Assembly: GCA_030141605.1 (NCBI GenBank)
Contig: JAQGDQ010000240.1
Span: 62,001 to 126,000 of the forward strand
From: Tubiluchus corallicola
Lineage: Eukaryota; Animalia; Priapulida
Length of the DNA stretch: 64,000 nt
Direction of reading: 5' to 3'
Part shown: piece by piece, positions 42,803 through 57,099 of the stretch
Position numbering within the stretch: position 1 is the stretch's first letter
How the letters are laid out: each line of letters opens with the position of its first letter
Translations under genes and position numbers: made by a program
The notes under the pieces: model-generated
Told to the model about the DNA's origin: nothing
Databases searched by the model: none
What the model saw: only the letters and a program-made list of their open reading frames with translations

Positions 42803-43934
42803 CTATAAGCATTAGAATATCACACATCTCTACTATCAAGTACAAGAAAAGACATTCATCCTCACTACTGTTTGCCTCGCATTGCATTTAAAATGGAGTA
42901 GCTTTTGATTAACATCTTTACATTTATTAAATACGAAATCTTAGCGCACGTTCTGATTTAGTCGGCTTTTTAAATCCAGAATGATCATCAGTTACATGTA
43001 TTTAACATATGTGTATCACAGACGGTAGACGTCATCTGACGTCGTCCAAAGCTTTCCGGAATTTAATGATTTATCTTACAAACGAAACTCGAAAATTTTC
43101 AACGTGTTAACAAAATCGGAAACAATTTAAAACTTGCTCATATCTTTGCGCAATAGTATAATTCACACGCATACGGCCTGATTACATAATGTGTCGTCTA
43201 AACACCTTGCGTGGAAGATAGTACAAATGACACAATGTTTTATTCACGAAGTACAGGTACATAAGCAACTGTAGAAAGCATGCTTTTTGAACAAATGCTA
43301 GCTTTGAATCCATTGCCACGTTTGCTAAACAGAGGGAAGCTGTAGACGGAATTTGGGGGTTGCATATTAGGAACATCTGTTTTTGTATGGCCCAGGGGCT
43401 TATTATCGGGTGTGTATAGAGGCCAAGATGCCCATATCGTGGTCAGAAAAACATGAAGACTGTTTATGTTTCAATGGTGAATATTATTATTGAAGATTCC
43501 AAACAGAATAATTCAGTAGTCAGTTAAGCCATTTGGAATAGAAATGACCTTGATGCTATTTTTTACTTTAGGTGAGAATAAAAATTATATAAGAGACCTT
43601 GGCAATAACAACGTGGCTATGAGCGCCCTTCAATAAAAATACGAAAGTATAATAACGCATGTACGCAAGCGGGTACGAAAGTAGGTAGTAGCAGATGCAT
43701 GTAGATTACAAGGTGCATTTAGGAGTCGACTTTGCACCTGAATTCTAACATCTCATTATGCCTGCATTAGGACTCGGGTTTCTCGAAATTACCGAATGCT
43801 TACAATGAGAGTGGGAGACAAGAGAGGAAGAGAGAGAAATATAGAGGGAAAGAGAGAAATGCACAAATGAGCATGCAAGTGAAGCGAGCAGTATTACAAA
43901 AGTTAAAATGAGTTAGCCTGTCATGTTTGAATGT

Positions 43935-44178
43935 ACGCATGCAGGTAGGCAGGTAGGTAGGTAGGCAGGCGTACAGGTAGATAGGCAGGCAGACAGGCAG
44001 GCAAGCAGGCAGGTAGGTAGGCAAGTTGATAGATGGATAAGTAAATAGGTAGACAGCTAGGAATGTACCTAGATATTAGGTAGGAAGTTACATAATTAGG
44101 TAAGTACTAGATAGGCGGGACGGCAGGGAGTAACTAGGTAGTCATATAACACTATGTAAGTAGGTAGGTAGGCAGGTG
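43935..44178. repeat. Degenerate (GGTA/GGCA)n tetranucleotide tract
   Basis: Directly visible; explains ORF 43800..44024. Confidence 0.9.
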
Positions 44179-44255
44179 TATTGACAAGTAGTTAATCAAG
44201 TAGTTATTACTGTGCGTGTTTTAAAAGCCTCCCTATCTGCCTGGAATATATGGCT

Positions 44256-44993
44256 TCACAGATTTATCATCTGTGATTTCTTCCGATCAATGTCTCTACG
44301 CTGCATTACTTTAAAACAGCTTTGCAGCTTAAATAGCTGTATGTTTTCCTTGACCAAAGCCTCCACGCTGCATTGGTTTGAGCATGCTCTAGACTCCAGA
44401 TAAAACTGTTCGCCTGCATTGATTCCTCTCATTAGTACATGCAATTTTTGCGTAATTTTTATGGGACAGAATTTAGAAGAGCTTTTCCAAACGCCACATG
44501 AGAGTCTTGAGGGAGCTTTTGTTAAGAGTTTAAACATTTTTACAAAGTGAGAAAATTGATTTCGAAAAAAACGTTTTTTGGGGGTGATTAGTATCATTCT
44601 TATAAGGAAGTCATGAAACCATGCCTAAAGATATCTTCAGAGCCATTGAGCATCAAACAAATTGTTCTTGCATCATCAAAAATGTAGCTAAATGATGAAC
44701 AACTTTTGTCTTCTTGCATCCTTCGTCGACTCACAAATCGTAAGTGTATCGTAGTTACTCGACGGCGGTTAAATTTCTTGATGAGTTCTTTGATGGTGCT
44801 TGAGGGCGATTTTAGTGGTAGGGCATTAGCTTCTGATGACTGTAACACCCGTACGATTTTATCAAACCGTAAAACGGTTTGGAATACAACGTTCAGTAAT
44901 AAGTGTCTTAATGACTTTGTAACATTTATTTCTATGTATTACTAAAAAAATCTGTAACTTGGATTAGACGAGGTAGTTCTAAATCTGCTACCA
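44256..44993 (-). mobile_element. Decayed LTR-retrotransposon (Gypsy-like) gag region with primer-binding site
   Basis: TGGTAGCAGA at 44993-44984 is complementary to the 3' end of eukaryotic tRNA-iMet. It lies ~135 nt upstream of abutting ORFs 44848-44600 and 44597-44256, which contain LMLNGSEDIF and GEQFYLESRACSNQC...L.KENI, gag-like by recall. Confidence 0.5.
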
Positions 44994-46870
44994 CTTTCGC
45001 CCAGAAAGTGACGCGCACCATGGCAACAAACTGATGCAGCCAGTTAGGGAGAACTCCTGCAGTGATGCCTGTTTATTCAAGCATTTCGACGACGGCTTCT
45101 TGATAGAGTATCGGAGTATGAGAGTTGTGGTTTCTCAGTCAATACAAAAGCCTTAGCAAGCCTGGGTCGTCATGTTGATCACTTTATAATTGCAATTTGT
45201 GAGCTTAAAGCTATAGCTGAAAAACTTTTGGTAAATTTTTATGAGATTTAGCACCTTCATATCAGCAGTGGCGGCAGTGGTGAACATGATCATGGTAATA
45301 GTACAGCAGAAGAAGCAGTCGCTGATTGAAATGTGAGAAAGATGCTGTTTATGGCAGTGGCGCTGAGGGCCCCCAAAAGAGTCAAATTCAAAAAAATTAT
45401 TATGAATGAGTCCAAGTAATATTTTATACTCAAATCATAAACTATAAAATCAGCAATTTCAATAGCGAAGGAAACTAAGACAAATAGGGGTTATTTAACA
45501 AGCCGGTGCTTCCAATTACAGGTTAATTTTGCTGGACAGTTAAACTTTGTGCATGATTACTGCGCCTTTTGTGAAATATAAATCGCTGAAGCAGTAACTC
45601 AGCAGTTAAATGCACTGAAGTGTAAGTGAAAATTGCTGGGTGTTTAGTTGCACCTTGCAGGGGTGACATTGAATCAGACCAGACGGGTTAAATTCTCTTA
45701 TTAGTGTCAGAGGAAAACTAATACATGTGACACAGAACCAGCAAGACTCATATTACAATTAACTCACAACATAATGTAAGACTGTTCGTCTTGGAGATTT
45801 TAATCCTAATTAAAAATTTGAACTTTACTCACTTAAGCTAAGGAAATCACGTAAGACGAAAAAATGTGGAACATTTGTATTTCATTTATTCGAAAAAGTA
45901 TTTCCAAGACATTTTATTTTCATAGAGTGCTCTTTAAAAAGTCCCACTGTAAAAGGTTAGTGCAGTACTTGTTCACGAGCGACATGTTATTATGTCGTAT
46001 AACATTATAATGTAACAGTATTTACAAACAGCTAAACGATGGTAGAGAAGTTATTTATTTAACAGGTCCATGAGTGACTTAGTACCTGGCAACTACACAC
46101 TGCTAGTCTTCAAAAAATTTGGGCTCTTAGACACAATTAATATTTTTAAGGAATTAAAAACTGTTGTAGGTAAGATTAGTATAACAGTTTGACAGGACTC
46201 AGAACAAAATCAGAAAATCTGAGTACACCTCTGTATACCTTAATTATAATAAACGAAACAGCTCTTCGAGTGACATAAAGATGTATCAGTCCAGACTTTT
46301 AATTTCTTGTCACATTACTTCTTTAGGAAAAATCCCAAAACCGCAGACAATATCAAGATAACAATAATTCTTCACGTGACACAAGGAAACAACTTTCCTT
46401 CAGAAGGTACCTGATTAGCTAGTTAGCACAGTAGTTCCCGCTGTAACGCATAACATGTGTATAGTTTTAAAATTAAAACACACGCCCAATCTCGTACATC
46501 GTTAGCACTGCAGTTCTTCGTGTGACATAACGATACAGGTAAACTTTAGGTAATTCAAAAAACCAAATTCTTGCAATAGAAATGTGCCTCAATGAGAACA
46601 AAAATCTTGATTTAAACGACGCGCAATCATGTTGTTAAAATCATCAAACTAGCGACTAACTTGAAGGACATTTTCAACCTTAATTATCAACAGTTTCACG
46701 GTACGACGAACTATCGAAATATTCATCACTGTGGTTTTGAATGAAGTCATGAATGTAATCTCGATCACGATTTATTTCAGAAGCTTGCATTTTGCTTTTT
46801 ATTTGCTCGCTTATTTACTTGTTACTTAATTGCCTACCTGCTTGCTTACTCACTCACTCACTCACTCACT

Positions 46871-47114
46871 GTAAGCATTTTACTTCCTCCATTAGAAAGG
46901 AATGGATAGAACTTTTCGGTAATGCCTTGCCGATGTAATTTTCTATAGTTTATTCATTCATTTACTTTGTATTATGATTACTTTGTATTACTTACTATGA
47001 CAATCAAGTCATAATTGTAAATATTTATAACTGTTGTATGTAATTTTTGCCCTGAATGTATTTTTGTATATATGAATCTAGAGTTTGCAATAAAGACTTA
47101 AATCAAATCAAATC
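46871..47114 (+). mobile_element. 5'-truncated LINE 3' end inserted in a (CACT)n microsatellite
   Basis: FTSSIRKEWIEL (cf. FFP.SI.EWN.L), T-rich UTR, AATAAA at 47089, (AAATC)3 tail; ACTCACTCACT on both sides. Confidence 0.7.
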
Positions 47115-47746
47115 ACTCACTCACTGACTCTCTCGCTCGTTACTTACTTATTTTTTTGCATACTTAATTTCACTTAGTTATTTTTGTACCTAAGTTACAA
47201 GTCTAGTGACTAGTGAGTCTGGACCTTCAAGCCAATTTAGGAACTAAGCCGCCTCCAAAAATACCTTATCAGGGACAAGTCCTAACGATCATAAAAAGAA
47301 GAACATGAAAAAAGATTTGCGATTCGTGCAGTTTTATTATATTATGACAGAGTAACCTTCTTCGGTATGACACAGCTACAAGAATTCTTTAAATTAAAAT
47401 GCCCACTGTTAACAAAGCAACCATATAACAGCCAAGTCATAACAGGAAGCTCTTATGAACAACTGAGCGGTCAAAAGGGCTGCTAAAAGCAATGCAAATT
47501 GCCCCGCTTCCATACGCAAATAGAAACCCCAAACAAAAATTGTACAGAGGAATTAGAACTCGCAGCGCAGTTCCAGTAAAATGAAACGTGACAAATCTTA
47601 TAACTCGCTATAAAGACCAGTGGGAGTTTTCAAAAAGATGATATTTTATCTGACTTTGCGTAAATCACCCAAGAATTTTAGCTAAAGTTTCGTGTAAAAA
47701 CACATATATTACAAAAAAAATTGGAAACGTAAAGGATAATTTCCAG

Positions 47747-47806
47747 AGAGGAGCCGATGAGGCGGGAAGGCATTTTGGCCTTTGTCGGACGGATGCATCA
47801 AAGGAG
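47747..47806 (+). CDS. Candidate plus-strand exon, 60 nt (RGADEAGRHFGLCRTDASKE or EEPMRREGILAFVGRMHQR)
   Basis: Acceptor aatttccag, donor GAG|gtaaac, GC-rich island. Confidence 0.28.
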
Positions 47807-49492
47807 GTAAACAGCCGTGACAGAAGAAACCGCCTTAGCAGCATTTTATCAGTGCTCGTTTACTTTTCGCAGTAAAGTACGTCCCGTAGCCTGGCCCACT
47901 TACAGATTTTTGAGAAATCCTGGAAATAAATAACAGGCTAATAAATAATAAATCACGAGGGGTGTAAGAATCATAAGATCGAGTGAGAATCCCCATGGTA
48001 AACATTAAAACAAAAAAACTATTTTTTGTCATCCTAATCAAAATCAGCGCTCAGTTTAGTAAACATTAGGCAAACGAATAAAGTGAATGATGTTCAAATA
48101 AAAAGTAACCTTCTAAGTTTCCACTTGCTAAAAAGCAACTCAGTGTTGGAAATGTAGGCCTATTATTGTGAAGCGCCAGTAGGAGTTTCATAGCGTAAGA
48201 GCATTAGTTTTGCTTCATCAGCTTATGAATAACTAACGAAGAACGCTTACATAAAACCAAGTTTATACTGATTCGACATTTACGATATTCGTAAGTTGAT
48301 GTTTGTGCAGATTTTCTATAATGACACGCCTCAAACAAGCACTGCACGGTTTTTTTTACTTTTTAGCTTTTGATTTTAGTAACTGCAGTCGCTCAGCAAA
48401 GCAGTATCGCCAATAATTTTCCCTGTTCACCAACATCACTGAAATACTGATCAGACTTATCAAATGTTATACCGCGTCCGCGCAATACAAATCTCACGTT
48501 ACCTATAATCCAAGAAGCCAATTACATTCGAACATGTTTTATCAGGCATCAGTGAATTGAAACTCACTAGCAGAATTTTCAACTGCGACCGGAGAAAATT
48601 TTCTGATTCCCTGCTATACTAACTAATTGAAAAGTAATATCATTATCTTAATATCCCCGCTCCCGTTTCCTTTGAAGATTGTTAGGTGAAATTTATGTAA
48701 TCTGTCGTTCGCTCTGAGAAATTGGAAATTCATGGAGGTTTTTCAAAGCATAGGCAGTTATTTCAGGTAATTGTAACGTGTATTAATCACCAAATGACGT
48801 AGAATTATGTGTATATTCTCTACGTCTATTATTGTTATAAAATCATAATTTCAAAACGTTCTTGCCATGCTAAGAAAACCTTGAATTGTCAGTCCTGAAA
48901 ACCGTTCCTGTCAAGGCTAAGATACCTAACAGTCTGAACACTTTATTTAATGTTTTATTTTTAAAACACTGTGAAAAACATGACATTCTACAAGAAATTT
49001 TTATACAGTATAATTATTATAATGCGCTTTTCAATTTTCACAATACTGTCATAAAAAAAATTCAAAAGTAGAACCCATATTCAGTCTTTTCATGTAAAAA
49101 TCACCGTTTCCTTAAAACGCTATATAAAAAGTTCTGAAGATATACTACTTCACAACCGAATACTTATAACAATGCTAGTAATTACTGTTTATGCAAATCA
49201 TCTGAAATGTAAATTCACAACCTTAAATACACTGTTGCCACTCTTCTCGTTAATTTTTCTCCGGTTCTTTTTTCATCAGCAACAAAAAATGTTGTGTCGA
49301 ATAGGAATATCGAAAATCGCACTAGAGGTGCATAAATGTTCACTGCAATTAAAGAAATACCGTAAACATCCATCTGTCAAAAACATCCATTCTTGTTACT
49401 TCTTATTTTTAAACCAAACGTCTGCAAAAAGAAGAAATGTGGAAAAATTCGTCCAGGAAATCCTAGATTGGGTATAGATTTGTACAAGAGGC

Positions 49493-50713
49493 AGTGCACA
49501 CATTTCGACACAGACATTTGGACACGGATGTTTTGCCCAGAGACATTTGGACACAAAGTACTTTGGACACAAGGCTGTTTCGGCACATAGGTAATTTGGA
49601 CACAAGGCAATTTGAACACATAGGCCATTTGTACACAAGGCAATTTGGGCACAGATTATTTGGACACTAAGCAATTTCTGCATTCTCACTCACTATACAA
49701 TTTATTCTGAGCGTCTGTTATGTGAAAAAATTTAGTCATCGTCATATCTCTGGAGTTTAAAGGATGAGAAATGAGTTATAGCTCCGATTGACCCAAAAAT
49801 TAATACGCTCTGATTCTGGCTCACATCCAGTGACATCCTACCAGCATAACCCAATCATAAAACTTTTATAATAATAGTGTCCGTGTGGCTGTAGCGAAAG
49901 CGGCGAAATTTTTTATTGTCTCTGGCAACTGCGACTGAATCCGTTGTACTGTATGAACTGGAAAGTTTTTTATTGCCCATTTTACTAACTTGTGAAAATA
50001 ATCCTCTAAGGAAAATCAAACCTTCTGGTGCTGATGTCCATCATTTAGTCTTAATTAGCACCTAAACAGCTTAATCTGTATTTCATTATTATCACACCTA
50101 AATTGCGCACTAGATTTCGGTTCTTTAGCTCAGCGCGAAAAGTTACGGCAAGAAATATCACCGTATCGGTTGCAATCGCTGTACTGTGTCAGACTTATCT
50201 GTCGCAGTTGCCGCAGTTACCGCAGCCACCGCCACCGCATCCGGATATCCCGATTCAATGAAAATATTTACGTACTTTTTGACCTGCAGACTGCAGCTAC
50301 TGTTGCAGGAGTTGAATTCGAAGTAGCGAAAAAAGAACCTTTCAAAATAAATAATACATGTGTTTCATCTACGTTTTTTTAGATAGCTGAAGCTCTTTGA
50401 ATTTTGCAAAAAATGGCTTAAATTCATCCATCTCCAAGAACAGGGTATAACTAAATAACCACTGTTGCTAAATGGCACGATCTCCCGATTGAATCCAAAT
50501 GGTACCTTTTGTATCTAAACAGTCAATGTATCCCAATTATCTAAGTGTCTAAATGTCCTGTGTTAAAAATATCTAGTGTCCAAATGTCCTATGCGTCCAA
50601 GATCCCTAGGGTCTAAACAGATAACATGTCTCAATAACCTGTGTCCAAATTAGCTGTTTCGAAATAACCTGTGCCCAAAATGCAAATAGCTTGTGTCTAA
50701 AAAGCTTTGCACT
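49493..50713. mobile_element. Fold-back element with inverted arms of 15-16-bp TTTGGACAC units
   Basis: About 11 tandem units ATTTGGACAC at 49500-49677; inverted GTGTCCAAAT units at ~50525-50700; termini AGTGCA / TGCACT. Confidence 0.85.
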
Positions 50714-52267
50714 ATCATTCATTGACAGCATTGAAATTAGTTTAGTTTAAACTTTATTTATTTATAAAGTGGATTTACAAAACAGACTGCGACTGATACA
50801 GGTATTTCCTTGGTGCAAGTGCTGAGTGCAAATCAGGACTATAAATAATTAAAATAAAAGCAACTAATTACCCGCTTTCTTAAGGCCTGGATCAGGCTTG
50901 TTCTTACTAGGCTGTCTTATTTTGCGGCAATTTGTAATTAGTACAACATCTTTCTAAAAACAATGACTTCACTTCCATTTTCTCGCAGTGAATACGGATG
51001 TACTTCACTTTCAAAGTGCCGATTTTTCTTCAAAGCCTTTGAAAATGTACACATGCCTTTCATGCAGTTGGTTTTCAAATTTTAATTAAAAATGTGTTTT
51101 AATCATGGCGTTCAAGGCTCTTTTGCGCGTTTTCATTTCTATTTTGTTACTTTTAATAAACTCTTACATGTGCCGGAAGAAACTGACTTTCTTAATTGTT
51201 TTTGGAAGCTTGTATAGAAGACTTCACCATTTCTTTAATGTTGATTCAAAGTCATTTTTTGAAAAACATAAATATGAAGGTTTTGTTGCTAAACGCTTTT
51301 GGAAAACTCTTATGGAAATCCTGCGGCCATCCTGCCAGTTTATTTTTAGCAAAAATATTACAGCATAGTACAATAATTACATACAAATAATATTATAATA
51401 TCGTCGCAGTACTCAACAACGACGTTAATTATAATCGTAAATGCACTGAGATATTGAGCGATTTAATTTATGAAAAGTACTTCTAAATATATACTTTTTG
51501 GAATGATTAGGCAGTTATGGAATGTGTGCATGGTGTATGTTAAATTGGTAGTCACATCTAAAAAAATGACATTTAAATTCATTTAAAACAATAAATACTT
51601 GAAACGCCGCTTTTGATATTACGTGGTGACCCTTGGTAATATAGTGCAAAAAATTCACTATCAGCATATTTTTTCGAAAGCTTTGAGTACTAAAAATATT
51701 AAGTTGTTCGTTTTTTACGCGTCAGTGCAGTTAATAGGAACAAATATAAACTAAAGCTAACTATGAAAGTAGAAACACCTCACATCAAAAACAACCTGGG
51801 GACCTCCTATACGCAATGCAACAATCACAATTGTATACGAGCTCACTGTGACATTTCAGTTTTAATCAGTCTATTTCCGAGAGTCTGATCCTACTAAGCG
51901 CACGATTTCACTGGGTAAATTAGAGATGACATTTCAACATAGGTTAGCTTAAGGAATAAGATTACAGAACTTTGCTATCTATATTATAACATTTCTGCGT
52001 GATGTAGCGGCTGAGTAGCGTTCAGTGTAAGATTGCTAAGCTAACTACAAGATGACTGAAGATTACTTCCGACCCCAAATTTGCTTTAGGTGAAGGTCCA
52101 TTTGTCACAGCTTCTCGATTTCTTCCTGGGGAGAAGCAGGAGAATACAAGAGGTCGTAGCTACTAACATTCTCTTAATCGCAAGACCTTTGCTTAAACTG
52201 ATAGAAAAAGTAAATATCGAGGCGTATGTACTCGCATTTTCTATTGGTACAATGTACCAGTATACAG

Positions 52268-52835
<568 letters not shown>

Positions 52836-53276
52836 GATTTTCCTAATAAGTTGTGATTGTTCGTCATATTGTCTTTCTTTACAGTTCTGATAGAACGCTA
52901 TTAAATTTTATGCAGAGGCTTCCTTCTACCTACTTGTATCCATCGCCATCATTATCAGACTAGCACTAACAGCACCTGACATTGAGCACAAAGGTATAAT
53001 TAATGAAATCTAATCAAACAGTATCTAAATAGTTTCTTTCAATCTTGAAGACACGTTTACTTAGGCAAATTGTAGACAATGTTGCGAATGCTAATGAATA
53101 ATCACATCAGATTTTCGAAATTGTTCGCAAAAGTACTCATCTAGGGCGTGTTCAGGCATCAAAGTGATAGATAATTTTTCAACCAGGTAATGCACCACGG
53201 TGCTATTAGTTGATTCAACATCTGGAGTTTTATGTAAGTGCACTGCAGATCAGACCTGACGCCCTTGCTCGCTCAC

Positions 53277-53308
53277 CTAGCGCATTCACCCCACGTGTTG
53301 AGCTTATG
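53277..53308 (-). CDS. Candidate small exon (HKLNTWGECA)
   Basis: Acceptor tcttcattatttccag, donor TAG|gtgagc, 32 nt. Confidence 0.4.
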
Positions 53309-53749
53309 CTGGAAATAATGAAGACCAGTGTTTACTGCATTTAATCACAGAATGTTGAAACGCTGCGCAAATAAACAACTGTAAACAAGATCTAAAGTGC
53401 CGGCTGGTGCAAGGCACTAGAAACTATCAATTCATGTCAAATTGCTCAAAGAGTTAAAAATTGCCCAGGAAAAGGACAATATTGCGTGTCAAAGCTTTTT
53501 TTCAGAGTACTATTAATAGTTATGGTTACATTTTTATGCTCTTGTTAAAGAAACTGGAAGCTTTTTGTCACGAATGTCAACAGCATGACAAAGGCAAATC
53601 TAAAAAGTAAGCGAATTGGTCGTGTGCACAATTATGCGTTGACTTTTATTACATAATGTCTTAATTTTTCTGTATTACAATACAGGCGTTTATTACATTA
53701 TCAGTTGTAACACAGCTGGAAAACCCTATCTGGTCATTCATTAGCCTAA

Positions 53750-53930
53750 CTCCCTGCCTTGTCCTCCGCTCTCCCCGATTAGTTTCTTCTCCTAACCTCT
53801 CCTCGACCCTATACCTCTCCTCTGTTCTCCCCTTTACTCATCTCCTCTCCCTTTCTCTTCTCTCCTGATATTTTCCCTCTCCTCCTCCTCCTTCCCTTTC
53901 TTTCTTTATTTGCTTTTGTCTTCTTTTTTT
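53750..53930. repeat. Degenerate CT-rich (CTCCT-like) polypyrimidine tract
   Basis: Directly visible. Confidence 0.8.
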
Positions 53931-54211
53931 AAGTTTAATTAGCTCTTGTTAGTTCTCACTTAAGTTTTTCTAAAAAGAAACGTAATCTGATAAGAAATGG
54001 GTTTCAAATCGCGGCGTCACGTTACTAATTAGATTCACGAAGAAGACATGGTCTGATGAAGCCGACATAGCAGCAGGAAAAGTGAGGATCCTGTAAATCA
54101 TTCACCACCCAAATCGACGCAGCTCAGTGCATCCAGGTACAGCCTTCATTCGCGATGTTCCACGCAAGAATAACAGCGTGGAATTCATTTTGGCAAGTTG
54201 CTAAATTAAGC

Positions 54212-54265
54212 GGGAAGAAAGGGGAATTCTAAACTATATCCCAAGAACTTTCCGTACAATATTAT
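54212..54265 (+). repeat. Dispersed ~55-bp repeat, copy 2
   Basis: Matches 39293-39348. Confidence 0.85.
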
Positions 54266-54293
54266 ATTAGTTAGCGTTACGTTTACCCGTTAC

Positions 54294-54407
<114 letters not shown>

Positions 54408-57099
54408 GAAAAAGGAAAGAAGACTATTTTAAAAGGTGAGCAGCAGTTCTCGACCTATATCACTGTAAGTGTACCTTAATAACAGCATGTCCTTTTCTGA
54501 AAGTTGTGAATCCTGATGTTACGGTTGAATGATCAGCTGTCAATTGCACGCGTAAGCCAGTCTAAATGTCAGCTGCCAGAAACATGGCTTCTACACGATC
54601 GAAACTTTCCAAACACCATTAAAAGCAGTCATCAGCAACAAACTCACATAAAAATGTGACTACCGCAAACACCTATACGTGTTGGCACTTCACTAACGAA
54701 TAGTATAAAAAACATAACTAGTCTAGCGCAAATAGATATGATACATGTTAGTAAGTTGTCGACAAACGGTCACACTATCACAAACAAAGTCGACACTAAT
54801 GTTTTATAATTTTTTGTTAGAATATTCAAAGCATGTAAAGGCTCGCAAGGTCAATTATCTTTTAGAAGCTTGGTGTCAGAAACAAACACCGTGAAACTAA
54901 ATTCTAATGGGTTAAAATATTTAGTATTCAGCAGCATTACCTGTTTCATTAGACACCAATAAGATATATGATCCTCGGTAATAAGAAAAAACGAAAAATG
55001 CTAAGCAAAAAGATATGTTTAGCTCTTATTGTATGGCGCACTGGTTCATCGAAAAAATAAACCGCAGTTTAAGACCTCAGTATTTGAACAAAGTCACTTA
55101 TGTTTACGATTATATTTCGGGCAAAATCCAATTATTCTACATTTTTAATACATGATGCATTCGTAGCTATTTAGTATTTACTCATTTAGGTATAAGAAAT
55201 CAATGCACTTCTTCAGCAACATTATTTAATGTTATACTAAAAGTTTATGTTACAGCTAAATCATGATTACACTTATAGTTAGTTGTATTGCGATAAAAAC
55301 AAACAACTTCTTATTAAAAGCTTATAAAATGTTAAAATGCATGTTATAAGTTTTTAATAAAACTTGTTTGCTTTTTTGATATTGTGAGTGCCTGTATAAA
55401 TTGACGACGATAAAAAGAATTCTTTTGGATTGCAGTGTGGCTAACCACTTTTATGCTCGCGAATTCTATTGCATTGCATATTTTGCATCTTTTAAGGCTT
55501 GTCCCCTAGATGAGATTTTAACCGACGTCGGAAGTGTCTCAGTCTCAGTTCAGATGCCTCGCCGAAATAAACGCTGGGATAGGGGGACACAATGCCAGAC
55601 GAAGCCGTCGAGAATTCTATTTTTTTCCAGTGGTGACACATCCATTTACTGACCATGGATTCGCGTTGCTTCTTGCTCCATCTGGCTTTTTCACGTCTGA
55701 TATATCCTGAGTTTAACGTTGGTCTTGCGACTTACATAGTCAAAACTGCTTAGGATTTCTTCGCATCTTGTAACGTTGGATGTGATATTCATAAAGACCC
55801 TTTACTGTTCCATTTCACAGAATTGTACGCTTCGCTCTCATAAATGATTTTCTGTTTCGTTTCAATTTCTACCTAATAGTGTTGTCTGCAGTTGGTAAGA
55901 TGTTCTCAGTATGCATTGCTTTTAATGATGCATAGAAAATTCTCTATTCTTTCTAAGGTCCATGTTTCGTTACGTATCTACCTTATTACTGTTGCTCAGT
56001 TTTGATGGTATTCGGGCGTTGTATCGTTTGAAGCGTAACTCAGTCCAAGTTGCAGGGAAATTAATAAAAATGTTGGCCATGGTTGCTGTGTCGGAAAAGC
56101 GTGTCAAAGCATTTCTTTTTTGTTCTGAGATGAATGTAAGGTTCTTACCTCTAATCTCCTGCAAATCTTTTTTTACACATTGCTATATAAAAAAAGCAGT
56201 TTTTATGTTTTCACATCCCTGCGGATTTCACTTCTGTCCAATACCATGGTGCTCCGTATTCCAAATCTATAATGCACGGAAGCGGTTTCCAAAAATTAAC
56301 TGTTTTAACTTTATCGTGTTTGATTTAGTTATGCTCTTTTAAAAAGTGGCATTAATTGTAGCATCATCTATTCTGACTTTATTTCAGATTTTGCTGATGG
56401 AAAGCAAAAACTTAAAAAAGTCACTGAGGCAAATATAAAAAAAGTGAAAGGATCAAGAACAAGCAAAAAGTTAGAATTAATTTTGAGCGCGCATGTGCCT
56501 GGTAAACCACAGACTTAGGTAATTATATACATTGTGCCGAACAGAAACCTATTAGTGTTTACCGCGCAATTTGTCAGTCTGTTTTATCCCGCTCTTGTTA
56601 ATGAGAAACGTATGAACTTACATCACGTGTACAGCACGTTATTTCATGGAAATTAACTAAAGAAAATTCGCGTCTTCATTTGCATCAAAATCAATGAAAC
56701 ATCAGTAGCTGCCTTGCTTATTATAATAACTACCGAGGTTCTAATCAAGGCTGTTTAAATCGTAACTGAGATTGAAGCATATGCTGCCAGAAGGATGATG
56801 AGGTTACAAAGTTAAAGTTAATAAGCGATCTGATTTTAAGTTCTGACATTAGACTTTTTGTGCCATTCAGCACTTATGCCAAGGTTTGCTTAGTGTAGAT
56901 GTGACGGGACCGGAAGCTACTTCATTCTAAAGTATTCTAAGAGTTTAGTAACTCTTCTTTACTCAACCTTTTCTACATCCTACGAAGTCCTTACGACAGC
57001 TTTTACCTACACACGCTAATCGAGCAGAATCTTATGCCACGCAGAGATTTCCTACCCGCCCTGAATTATGTTATACACTGCTTTACAGTTCAATTATAC

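Noticed and set aside
49500-49677. CRISPR-like repeat-spacer array
   Set aside because: Period is 15-16 bp with linkers of only ~6 nt, it has an inverted partner arm, the context is eukaryotic, and there are no cas genes.
56148-56181. 34-nt minus-strand exon-like segment with good splice sites (QCVKKDLQEIR)
   Set aside because: Including it creates an immediate stop in the next candidate exon. Noted because it counts against the proposed chain if it is really spliced.
55400-56340. Possible decayed transposase (YESEAYNSVKW) and ORF 55962..56342
   Set aside because: No convincing ordered motif series; many stops in all frames.
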